Source: Candidatus Saccharimonadota bacterium (GTDB taxonomy: Bacteria > Patescibacteriota > Gracilibacteria > UBA1369 > 2-02-FULL-48-14). From it: a stretch of 32,000 bases of DNA. The notes beneath the pieces are model-generated. The model saw only the letters and a list, made by a program, of their open reading frames with translations. It did not search any database and had not been told where the DNA came from. The DNA lies in the NCBI GenBank assembly GCA_041661045.1, contig JBAZVE010000001.1:360001-392000 (forward strand), given 5' to 3'. Shown piece by piece: positions 24,520 to 31,567 of this stretch. Made by a program: the position numbers and the translations under genes. The first letter of the stretch is position 1, and each line of letters begins with the position of its first letter.

Positions 24520-25715
24520 CCGCGGTCGATGTAGTTGATGTCGCTGATTTCCGTTTGCCCCTCCGCAATGAGCGCGGCGAGTACCATGGCGGCACCGGCA
24601 CGGATGTCTTGGCTGGCGATGGGCGCCGCCTTGAGTCGCATGGGACCGGTTATGACGGCTTGATGAGGGTTGAGCAGCTGAGTTTTTGCGCCGAGACGAT
24701 CGAGTTCAGGCAGATAATTGAGGCGCCCTTCGAACAGGGTTTCGTGGACTTTGCTTTGGCCCGCGCACTGAGTGAGCAGCACCGCGAAGGGCGCCTGAAG
24801 ATCCGTGGCGAAGCCGGGATAAACGGAGGTTTGGAGTTTTTCTATGCCGTGAAGTTCACCGTGTGGGAGCATCCGCGCTTCATCCTTGTCGAGTTCAATA
24901 TGTGCGCCCACTTCTTCAAGCTTTTGCCAAAAACTATCGAGATGGGAGACAGGACAGTTTTTTAGGGTCACGGTGCCATTGGTCAGCACCGCGGCGAGCG
25001 CCAAAGTTCCGGCTTCCAAATAATCGGAGGTCACGGTGTACTCCGTTCCATGCAAAGGTTTGCCGCCGTGCACTCGCAGGGTGGGGGTCCCAATCCCTTC
25101 AATCTCCGCACCCATGCTCATCAAAAAATGGCAGAGGTCTTGGACATGAGGCTCCATGGCCGCCCAGCGGATTTCCGTTTCTCCTGGAATAAGGGTGGCG
25201 GCCATCAAAGCATTTTCGGTGGCAGTGACACTGGCTTCCGCCATGATGATTTGCGCGGATCGCAATTTTTCCGCCTTCAGATGAATGGAATCTTCACTCG
25301 CAATCACGCTTGCCCCCAATTTTGTGAGTGCGTGCAGGTGCGCGTGCACGGATCGTTTTCCCAATACACATCCTCCAGGGAAGGCCAAATCCACTTCACC
25401 CCAACGCGCCAAGAGCGGGCCGAGCAGCAAGATGGAGGCGCGCATGTGTTTCACCAAATTTGGCTCAATGTTTCCTTTTTGCACACGATCCGGATTCACT
25501 TTTACCGTTCCCGCCTCAAACGAAACCTCTGCGCCCAGTCCCGAAAGAATCTTTAAAAATGCGTGCACATCCGAAATATCCGGCACATTGTGAAGCGTGG
25601 TGCTTTCATTCGTCAGCAGCGTGGCCGCCAAAATAGGCAAAACGGCATTTTTGGACCCCCCAATAGTGACTTCTCCTTTGAGAGGGATCCCTCCTTGTAT
25701 GATGAATTTAGACAT
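24456..25715 (-). CDS. murA: UDP-N-acetylglucosamine 1-carboxyvinyltransferase
   Basis: MSKFIIQGGIPLKGEVTIGGSKNAVLPILAATLL..., the active-site region FPGGCVLGKRSVHAHL, and full-length collinearity with MurA. The start is placed at the internal ATG 25715. Confidence 0.93.
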   Translation of the reverse strand: MSKFIIQGGIPLKGEVTIGGSKNAVLPILAATLLTNESTTLHNVPDISDVHAFLKILSGLGAEVSFEAGTVKVNPDRVQKGNIEPNLVKHMRASILLLGPLLARWGEVDLAFPGGCVLGKRSVHAHLHALTKLGASVIASEDSIHLKAEKLRSAQIIMAEASVTATENALMAATLIPGETEIRWAAMEPHVQDLCHFLMSMGAEIEGIGTPTLRVHGGKPLHGTEYTVTSDYLEAGTLALAAVLTNGTVTLKNCPVSHLDSFWQKLEEVGAHIELDKDEARMLPHGELHGIEKLQTSVYPGFATDLQAPFAVLLTQCAGQSKVHETLFEGRLNYLPELDRLGAKTQLLNPHQAVITGPMRLKAAPIASQDIRAGAAMVLAALIAEGQTEISDINYIDRGYERLDEKLRSLGAKITRSQE

Positions 25716-25950
25716 CGGGGTTGATTTGGAGCGTTGGGGGTGTTTGTGGGAGACTTTCCAAGACATCGGCCAGTGCATCCGTGATCTCTATTTCCTCCAA
25801 TGTGAGATGTGGTAGGAGAGGTGTGTCTCCAGACAGAGATACACCTTTTATTGGAACTAGATCTAGGTGAATCCCGTCTTGTCCGCTTAAAACTTTTCTT
25901 TCAGCCTCGGTGAGGTCGGGGAGTTCGGTGGGTCCGTTTTCTAAGCTCAT
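25708..25950 (-). CDS. Small acidic hypothetical protein (80 aa) overlapping the murA start by 8 nt
   Basis: ATG-started ORF. Its stop overlaps the murA start, suggesting translational coupling. There is no homology signal I can recognise. Confidence 0.35.
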   Translation of the reverse strand: MSLENGPTELPDLTEAERKVLSGQDGIHLDLVPIKGVSLSGDTPLLPHLTLEEIEITDALADVLESLPQTPPTLQINPDV

Positions 25951-26122
25951 ATTTTTAAATAAGGACCCTGATTTTAGCAGAGCTACGATCGAATGGCCAC
26001 CGAAAACGGTGGGGGTTTGAGTTCCATTGAACGACTTGACAAGTTGACTAAAACCTTTATTGTTCGTACTTGCTTATAATAGAAAAGCGGCTGAGGTTTA
26101 TCAGCAATAAGTAATTTCAAAA

Positions 26123-26761
26123 ATGAAGGATGGTAGTGGTGAAAATTCGGGTGAACGACAAGAAGATGAACAGAAGGTTCAAGCTTTCTGGGCACAAGTT
26201 CCTCAAGGTTATGCTCCTGATGCTAGTCGTACTCCAGCAGGTGAGGTTTTTTCTCACAATTTGATTAGTACTGGCGAGCACACTGAAATCCCCAATGATG
26301 ATGGTTTCCCGACATGGTTCACAAGAATTGCTGGCAAGTATGGTCATGAAAGTCACGTGCGAGATTCTGATGTATTTGGTCAAATCCTCGGGAACAAAGG
26401 AATTGAAAAAGTTGAGTATGATCCGAATGATCCTAGATTGCAGGCAATTCAGTTAAATCTAGAAAGCGGCATGCCTTTGGGTGAGTTTAAATTTGACCCC
26501 GGCATTTTACAGGTGACTGCCTACCAGCATCCTGATTGCATAAAAGGAGATCCCGTTTATTTGCTCGATACCACATCCGAGCACACCATTGATATAACCG
26601 GAGAGCAGGTTTTGGTTGTTGGTTGGGGGAGTTTGCCCTATGGAACATTTTTCCGTTGTTTTGTGCCAAGTCGAAATATGACTCTCGTGTGTGCCGTTCG
26701 TCCTAGTTCTGATGAAGTAGCTCGGGCTGTTATTCCAGCATCTTGGGTGGTTACACGATGA
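26123..26761 (+). CDS. Hypothetical protein (212 aa)
   Basis: Clean ATG ORF with an acidic N-terminus. No family recognised. Confidence 0.5.
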   Translation: MKDGSGENSGERQEDEQKVQAFWAQVPQGYAPDASRTPAGEVFSHNLISTGEHTEIPNDDGFPTWFTRIAGKYGHESHVRDSDVFGQILGNKGIEKVEYDPNDPRLQAIQLNLESGMPLGEFKFDPGILQVTAYQHPDCIKGDPVYLLDTTSEHTIDITGEQVLVVGWGSLPYGTFFRCFVPSRNMTLVCAVRPSSDEVARAVIPASWVVTR

Positions 26762-26823
26762 AACTCACCCTGACCGTAAGCACGCGCCTGGGACATTGAG
26801 AGAGTTTCACAAAAGAATTCCAT

Positions 26824-26852
26824 TTGCCTCTTGCGGCGTTTCAACCTATAAT
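26824..26852 (+). promoter_or_regulatory. Sigma70-type promoter for tRNA-Tyr
   Basis: TTGCCT (26824..26829), 17-nt spacer, TATAAT (26847..26852). It lies 21 nt upstream of the tRNA 5' end. Confidence 0.5.
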
Positions 26853-26873
26853 CCCCCTGCTCTTTTGCATAGT

Positions 26874-26958
26874 GGGCAGGTTCCAGAGTGGCCAAATGGG
26901 GCGGACTGTAAATCCGCTGGCTCTGCCTTCGAAGGTTCGAATCCTTCCCTGCCCACCA
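26874..26958 (+). tRNA. tRNA-Tyr (anticodon GUA), class II, CCA encoded
   Basis: GGGCAGG acceptor, GGCGGACTGTAAATCCGC anticodon arm, long variable arm, GGTTCGAATCC T-loop region, and CCTGCCC-A-CCA. Confidence 0.9.
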
Positions 26959-27001
26959 TACTGTGCTAAAGTTCCCCAGTCTCACCCTTAACTTTTTTGT
27001 C

Positions 27002-27523
27002 ATGAAAACGATGTTTACCCTGTTCCTTGGACTGGTGTTTTTGGCTGGGTGTAGTCTTCAAACGGCTTCGGCGGATCGGGCGGCGATCGAGGAAATGGTG
27101 CGGGATCATGCGTTGGCGTGGGAAACGGGGGATAGGGAGCTCTTGGATTCACTGCTGCATGAAGACAGCGTGTTTGCGTATCCGGGGCGGCGCTTGAATA
27201 AAGCGGAAACTTTGGAGGATCTCGACTATTTTGCGGCGAATTTTGTGGACACCAAGGTCTACATCAACACAATTATTGTGGAGGGAAATCAGGTGGCGGT
27301 GGAATGGCAGTTCGCTACCACCAGCACCGGGAGTGGGGCGCGGCAAGTGGTGAGTGATGCCATTATTGCGGAGGTGAAGGATGGCCAATTCATCGTGTGG
27401 AAAGAATATTTGGACGGGCGCGTGAAGACGCTCCAAGAGAGTGGCGAGCTTTATTTTGAAGAAGGCGAGGAGCCCTTTCCTTGGCCGATGAAAACAGATC
27501 TTTATGGCACGGTGAAGCAGTGA
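27002..27523 (+). CDS. SnoaL-like / NTF2-fold lipoprotein
   Basis: MKTMFTLFLGLVFLAGCS shows a signal peptide plus lipobox. AAIEEMVRDHALAWETGDRELLDSLLHEDSVFAYPG...VEGNQVAVEWQF...IVWKEYLD is typical of SnoaL/DUF4440-like domains. Confidence 0.65.
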   Translation: MKTMFTLFLGLVFLAGCSLQTASADRAAIEEMVRDHALAWETGDRELLDSLLHEDSVFAYPGRRLNKAETLEDLDYFAANFVDTKVYINTIIVEGNQVAVEWQFATTSTGSGARQVVSDAIIAEVKDGQFIVWKEYLDGRVKTLQESGELYFEEGEEPFPWPMKTDLYGTVKQ

Positions 27524-27543
27524 TATACTCCGCTGGCTTTCGG

Positions 27544-27619
27544 GCCATCTTAGCTCAGTTGGTAGAGCGGCGGTATCGTAAACCGCAGGTCACCGGTTCA
27601 ATTCCGGTAGATGGCTCCA
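27544..27619 (+). tRNA. tRNA-Thr (anticodon CGU), CCA encoded
   Basis: GCCATCT acceptor, TAGCTCAGTTGGTAGAGC D-arm, GCGGT-ATCGTAA-ACCGC anticodon arm, GGTTCAATTCC T-loop region, and AGATGGC-T-CCA. Confidence 0.9.
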
Positions 27620-27644
27620 TTTGAATTGCTCGGCCCGCTTGGGG

Positions 27645-27672
27645 TTGAAAAGATCCTTTTTTACTATATAAT
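27645..27672 (+). promoter_or_regulatory. Sigma70-type promoter between the two tRNA-Thr genes
   Basis: TTGAAA (27645..27650), 16-nt spacer, TATAAT (27667..27672). It lies 13 nt upstream of tRNA-Thr(UGU). Confidence 0.45.
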
Positions 27673-27685
27673 CGCTTGGCCCAGC

Positions 27686-27761
27686 GCCACTTTAGCTCAG
27701 CTGGTAGAGCAACGGTTTTGTAAACCGTGGGTCGTCGGTTCGATTCCGACAAGTGGCTCCA
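27686..27761 (+). tRNA. tRNA-Thr (anticodon UGU), CCA encoded
   Basis: GCCACTT acceptor, TAGCTCAGCTGGTAGAGC D-arm, ACGGT-TTTGTAA-ACCGT anticodon arm, GGTTCGATTCC T-loop region, and AAGTGGC-T-CCA. Confidence 0.9.
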
Positions 27762-27779
27762 TTTTTGGTTTGAACTTAT

Positions 27780-28199
27780 TTAACTCTGGGTTCCCTTAAC
27801 TGCTGCCTGCACACCCTCTGTAACGAGCGCGGTTTCATTGGATACAGGTCCTTTTGGCTTACTATAATCCATAATCTTCACCATAAGGTTGGCTACTAAT
27901 TCAGTTCTCACAGCATCTCCTGTTTCTTTCGGAGCCCTATCTAGGATTAACCTTAACAAGTCTGGTAATTCTTTACCTAAACGTTCTCTATCCATTTCGT
28001 AGAGAGCCATTATTTCCATTGCCAAATCTGATAAGGCCTTTTCTACAGCAACCGTGAGAGGATCATTTTTCTTCAAATCTCCTCCAGTTCTCCTTCTGGT
28101 TTCGTAGTTCCCCTTCTTTTGATTGGCCAGAGCCACCGCTAGACCATCTACCAAAGTACTAACATTCCTGTATCGTTCATTTACATTTAAGGGCTCCAT
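27780..28199 (-). CDS. Hypothetical protein (139 aa), cassette ORF adjacent to tRNA-Thr
   Basis: ATG ORF, predicted helical. The stop codon lies 19 nt from the tRNA-Thr 3' end. No family recognised. Confidence 0.5.
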   Translation of the reverse strand: MEPLNVNERYRNVSTLVDGLAVALANQKKGNYETRRRTGGDLKKNDPLTVAVEKALSDLAMEIMALYEMDRERLGKELPDLLRLILDRAPKETGDAVRTELVANLMVKIMDYSKPKGPVSNETALVTEGVQAAVKGTQS

Positions 28200-28310
28200 G
28201 GTTTAGTTGTTAATTTGTATGTTCATTGTACCACTTATTTGAAATAATGCAAGTATTGGGCGAGTAATTTACCACCTTATCCATCAAAGGAATATCCCTT
28301 ACCACTGCGG

Positions 28311-28395
28311 CAAAACCAGAAAATAAACATAAAATACGTTGGAAACAGTGTGCTTCCATTTTTTGGATGCCCAGGGGAGATGAAAGCAATTTTAT
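28311..28395 (+). repeat. Intergenic cassette repeat, copy A (most divergent, ~85% to the others)
   Basis: CAAAACCAGAAAATAAACATAAAATACGTTGGAAACAGTGTGCTTCCATTTTTTGGATGCCCAGGGGAGATGAAAGCAATTTTAT. Its right end covers the stop codon of the 423-aa gene. Confidence 0.85.
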
Positions 28396-29663
28396 CCTTG
28401 GTATTTTTCTGGTGTCCACCCCACTTGAGCTTGCAGTGCTCTTACTGTGCCTTCCCAGGAAAGGCGTCTACCCATTGGATCCAATAGCAGTGTTCTTCCG
28501 GCTATAGCAGTGAGTGGCAAGAGGGTCCGTGGATTTTGTCCATACTCCCAGTCTGGGCGTACACCAATGACGCGAGTGGATCCTTCTGGGGAGAAACGGG
28601 ATAAAGTCAGAAAACCATTTCCAGCTTGATCCGGGTGGACTAAAACACGACCTCCCTCTCTTTCAAGCTCCCATTCACCCACTTCACCATAGTCTCCTTC
28701 ATTGCTCGCACGGATTTCACTTTGCCGGCGGAGTAAAGCGGCGGTACGCAAATCCACTGCTTCATAAGGCAACATTGAGCTGAAAAAGAGCCGCTGAGCC
28801 GCATCTCCTCTCCATTCAGGAGCCAAGAATGGCCCATTTCTCCAGGCTTCCTGAAGATGGATGTCTGGCATACACTTAAAAAGCTCTCTTGCAATGGAAA
28901 CATGATCTTGTGGGCGTTGGTTGGAAACCAATAGGCCAATCAAAGCCCTGTGTGCACTGAGAACACTTTCACCCATTATGTGACCTCCCCAGTTTTTTGT
29001 TAGTTCCTTCAGCAAAAGCGCGTATTCAGCTAACCCTTGACCTAAATCTGCGTGGGTTTCATCAGAGTCTGTTGAGGGTAAGGTGGAGTCGTCACGCAAT
29101 CGAGACCACGCAAGCTCTCCTGCTGGGCCTACCCACGCATTGCTTACGTCGTGGCCACGGTGTGGGAGGGGCAAAACAGTAATGCGCCAACCCAAAAGCT
29201 GATTTCTTATGGACCTGTCCGCATCATTAAGATCCAATTGATCCATGTCATTCATGTCTCTTGATACAGCTGCATCGAGGTGACCTTTGGCTATAGCACT
29301 GGTGGCAGCTGCGCGTGTCTGGGGAGAGACAGTAGTCGCTTCCGTCTTGGCCCAAAGATTGTCGTCTCCTTCTACTACTAAGGGTCTTGTTAAGCATTTT
29401 TGGAGTCCCTCCATACTTATGACGGGGTCCATTACAATTCGAAAGGTCTCACTAAATTCTGTTCCGAGAACCTCGTCAGCAGTGTGTGAATCAGCCATGG
29501 CCACTGCGACTGCACTCAAATAGGGTGGCCTCACATTCCCCTCATCGAAAACTGCACGGGCCGCCCTATAAGCTCCAGTTCTATCCAAGCGGTCCTTTAC
29601 TTCAGGAATATCCATTAAGTGTATATAAGGCTTTATTCTAACCTTTTGAGTTCCTTGTTGCAA
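28392..29663 (-). CDS. Hypothetical protein (up to 423 aa), cassette ORF
   Basis: Long ORF. The track start is TTG at 29663, and the first ATG (MDIPEVKD) is at 29615. No family recognised. Confidence 0.55.
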   Translation of the reverse strand: MQQGTQKVRIKPYIHLMDIPEVKDRLDRTGAYRAARAVFDEGNVRPPYLSAVAVAMADSHTADEVLGTEFSETFRIVMDPVISMEGLQKCLTRPLVVEGDDNLWAKTEATTVSPQTRAAATSAIAKGHLDAAVSRDMNDMDQLDLNDADRSIRNQLLGWRITVLPLPHRGHDVSNAWVGPAGELAWSRLRDDSTLPSTDSDETHADLGQGLAEYALLLKELTKNWGGHIMGESVLSAHRALIGLLVSNQRPQDHVSIARELFKCMPDIHLQEAWRNGPFLAPEWRGDAAQRLFFSSMLPYEAVDLRTAALLRRQSEIRASNEGDYGEVGEWELEREGGRVLVHPDQAGNGFLTLSRFSPEGSTRVIGVRPDWEYGQNPRTLLPLTAIAGRTLLLDPMGRRLSWEGTVRALQAQVGWTPEKYQG

Positions 29664-29695
29664 CTTTATGAGAATTTACCCTGTAGTCCTACGGA

Positions 29696-29779
29696 AAAAC
29701 CCGAATACAAACATAAAATAAGTTGAAAACATTGTGCTTCCATTTTTGGGTTGTCCAGGGGAGATAAAAGAGATTTTAC
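29696..29779 (+). repeat. Intergenic cassette repeat, copy B
   Basis: AAAAACCCGAATACAAACATAAAATAAGTTGAAAACATTGTGCTTCCATTTTTGGGTTGTCCAGGGGAGATAAAAGAGATTTTA. The 60-nt core differs from copy D at one position. Confidence 0.9.
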
Positions 29780-29846
29780 GTTTCACCCTCGTTCGAGAGC
29801 AGAAAATAGACGCCACAAAGCAGGGCTGATTTTTAAGTCCAACTTC

Positions 29847-30131
29847 CTAAGACTGGCGCTGTCTTTCTAAAAATTGTCTCATGACCACTGCTCTTGTACC
29901 TTTCAGGGTATCGACAAATTCGTGTTCAACATGAATGCCACTTTGTGGGGTATGTGGACTTAGCTCTTGGCGGCTCCCTATGTACAACCATTCACCTCCT
30001 CGGGTTGTATTCAATGTCAGCGCTCCAAATAATTTCAGTCGAACTATATTTCTTACCACGTGACCCTCTAAATTGGGGATTTTAGTTTTCTGGCCCTTTA
30101 TTCGCTTTAAGTACGGCGTAACTTGCCTCAA
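29847..30131 (-). CDS. Hypothetical ORF (94 aa, TTG start only), possibly the 3' half of a frameshifted gene
   Basis: There is no ATG start. The frame opens only after a TAG near 30160. It overlaps the upstream ORF by 50 nt and is reachable from it by a +1 shift at a T5 run (plus-strand A5 at 30130..30134). Confidence 0.35.
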   Translation of the reverse strand: MRQVTPYLKRIKGQKTKIPNLEGHVVRNIVRLKLFGALTLNTTRGGEWLYIGSRQELSPHTPQSGIHVEHEFVDTLKGTRAVVMRQFLERQRQS

Positions 30132-30384
30132 AAATTGCTTCAGCTGGGGCTCTAAGTCTGTCTATTTGATTCAAGAAATCTGGTTCAAGAATTTGGAATC
30201 CATCTGGCGTAAGATTACCGTTCAACAACATTCCTACTGCAGCACGCTTTGCTTGAATAGGAAATGCATTCCAGTTTGCAGGTAGTTGCGCACCTTCTCC
30301 CTTTGCTAGATCAGCTAGTCCTTTTGCGTCTAGATGTTCAACTAGATCGCTTGGCATTAGTGGGCCTGATGGACCTTCATCCAT
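30082..30384 (-). CDS. Hypothetical protein (100 aa), cassette ORF, possibly the 5' half of a split gene
   Basis: ATG ORF (MDEGPSGPLMPSDLVEHLD...). Its 3' end overlaps ORF 29847..30131. Confidence 0.45.
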   Translation of the reverse strand: MDEGPSGPLMPSDLVEHLDAKGLADLAKGEGAQLPANWNAFPIQAKRAAVGMLLNGNLTPDGFQILEPDFLNQIDRLRAPAEAIFEASYAVLKANKGPEN

Positions 30385-30485
30385 AGTATTGTGGGAAGAT
30401 TATTATCTGCTTATTCTACCATCAAACATAGTTTCTTCCAATATCTTTCTTGGTATGCATAAAGGGAAAGCCCCTCTCCTGGCGA

Positions 30486-30539
30486 CAAAACCCGAACACG
30501 AACATAAAATAAGTTGAAAGCATTGTGCTTCCATTTTTG
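30486..30539 (+). repeat. Intergenic cassette repeat, copy C (right part missing)
   Basis: CAAAACCCGAACACGAACATAAAATAAGTTGAAAGCATTGTGCTTCCATTTTTG. It is identical to copy D over the 40 nt GAACATAAAAT...CCATTTTTG and diverges after that. Confidence 0.85.
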
Positions 30540-30731
30540 TTTGAGGCATTTGTTCATTGGCTAGGCGTATTGGTATTCCTTACTACTCTTGGCTTCACCT
30601 ACACCCACCCATACGTACAGCTAGGGGTCGATTTGGGATGCCCTGCCCCTGCGATTATAGGCGCACATAACATAACTTGTAGTATCTTTAATGGTTTGAT
30701 ATAGTGCATCCTTAAACTTAAAAATGTTCTT

Positions 30732-31469
30732 ATGAGACCTGGCGAATCACAAACTTATGTTGACCAACTGACCCAAGGGGAACTTCGTGATTACCCAGGA
30801 ATGTTGCGGCGAGTACTCAGCCTTGTGGAGAAACCTCTGTCAACATTATTGGAAGCAAGTGCAGAAGTTAAAGCTGCAAACACGACAGTACAAAGCGCAC
30901 TTGATTGCTTAAGTTTAGATGACCGTGCAACATTTGATACAAAGATTGTGCCACCTGAGAAGATGGGGAGATTTTCTGTCCAGTATAGAAACCCGATGAA
31001 AATTTCTGCTAGAGCAGGTGATTCATTGGCTCTGCGAGCTGCTGTCCTTGCTTCCATTGATGAGATTGTTGCAGTCTTTCACCAGAGACGAGACGGAGTC
31101 TTGGCGCATGCTAGGTTTCAAGGAGAAGATCAAAAAGATACCCATGGACACACGGTCATCGCGGCACCGTTTCTTTTGTTGGATGTTGGTGGCCAAAATG
31201 GCTCTTTCCCACTTGAACTCGTACAAGCCTCGACACCCTTACATGTACAAACGCTTCCAGCACAATCCCATTTTGATAGAAGGTTTGCTGAAATGTCCTT
31301 CAGTCTTGATCGTTCACGTAATCCTAGCGCTACTGTACCTAAATCCTTCCTTGAGGGGGTCCGGGGGAGTGACAAACATGCGATGCCTCATATGCGTCGT
31401 ACTGATGGAAACGTTTTTGAACTGGCGCGCAATCTACTTTCTCGACTAGGTGGTGAAGTCATTGAATGA
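30732..31469 (+). CDS. Hypothetical protein (245 aa), the only plus-strand ORF in the cassette region
   Basis: ATG ORF bounded by repeat copies C and D. No family recognised. Confidence 0.5.
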   Translation: MRPGESQTYVDQLTQGELRDYPGMLRRVLSLVEKPLSTLLEASAEVKAANTTVQSALDCLSLDDRATFDTKIVPPEKMGRFSVQYRNPMKISARAGDSLALRAAVLASIDEIVAVFHQRRDGVLAHARFQGEDQKDTHGHTVIAAPFLLLDVGGQNGSFPLELVQASTPLHVQTLPAQSHFDRRFAEMSFSLDRSRNPSATVPKSFLEGVRGSDKHAMPHMRRTDGNVFELARNLLSRLGGEVIE

Positions 31470-31497
31470 GGTTTAGTGTAGCTTTAGCTTATTCGTG

Positions 31498-31567
31498 AAC
31501 ATAAAATAAGTTGAAAGCATTGTGCTTCCATTTTTGGGTTGTCCAGGGGAGATAAAATGGGTTTTAT
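31498..31567 (+). repeat. Intergenic cassette repeat, copy D
   Basis: GAACATAAAATAAGTTGAAAGCATTGTGCTTCCATTTTTGGGTTGTCCAGGGGAGATAAAATGGGTTTTAT. Its right end covers the stop codon (31564..31566) of the next minus-strand ORF. Confidence 0.9.

Noticed and set aside
26638-27003. 121-aa minus-strand ORF
   Set aside because: It runs straight through tRNA-Tyr on the opposite strand and into neighbouring genes, so it is spurious.
28326-31515. Xer/dif-like site in the repeat (minus strand TTATGTT matches the start of the XerD arm TTATGTTAAAT)
   Set aside because: Only 7 nt match. The would-be XerC arm (AATGCTTTCAA) matches dif-type consensus at about 5 of 11 positions, and there is no arm symmetry.
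28311-31567. Classical integron attC identity for the cassette repeat
   Set aside because: The R'' (RYYYAAC) and R' (GTTRRRY) cores are only approximated (TTTCAAC, GTTGAAA). I could not find the paired R''-L''/L'-R' inverted structure. The array idea is kept as an analogy only.
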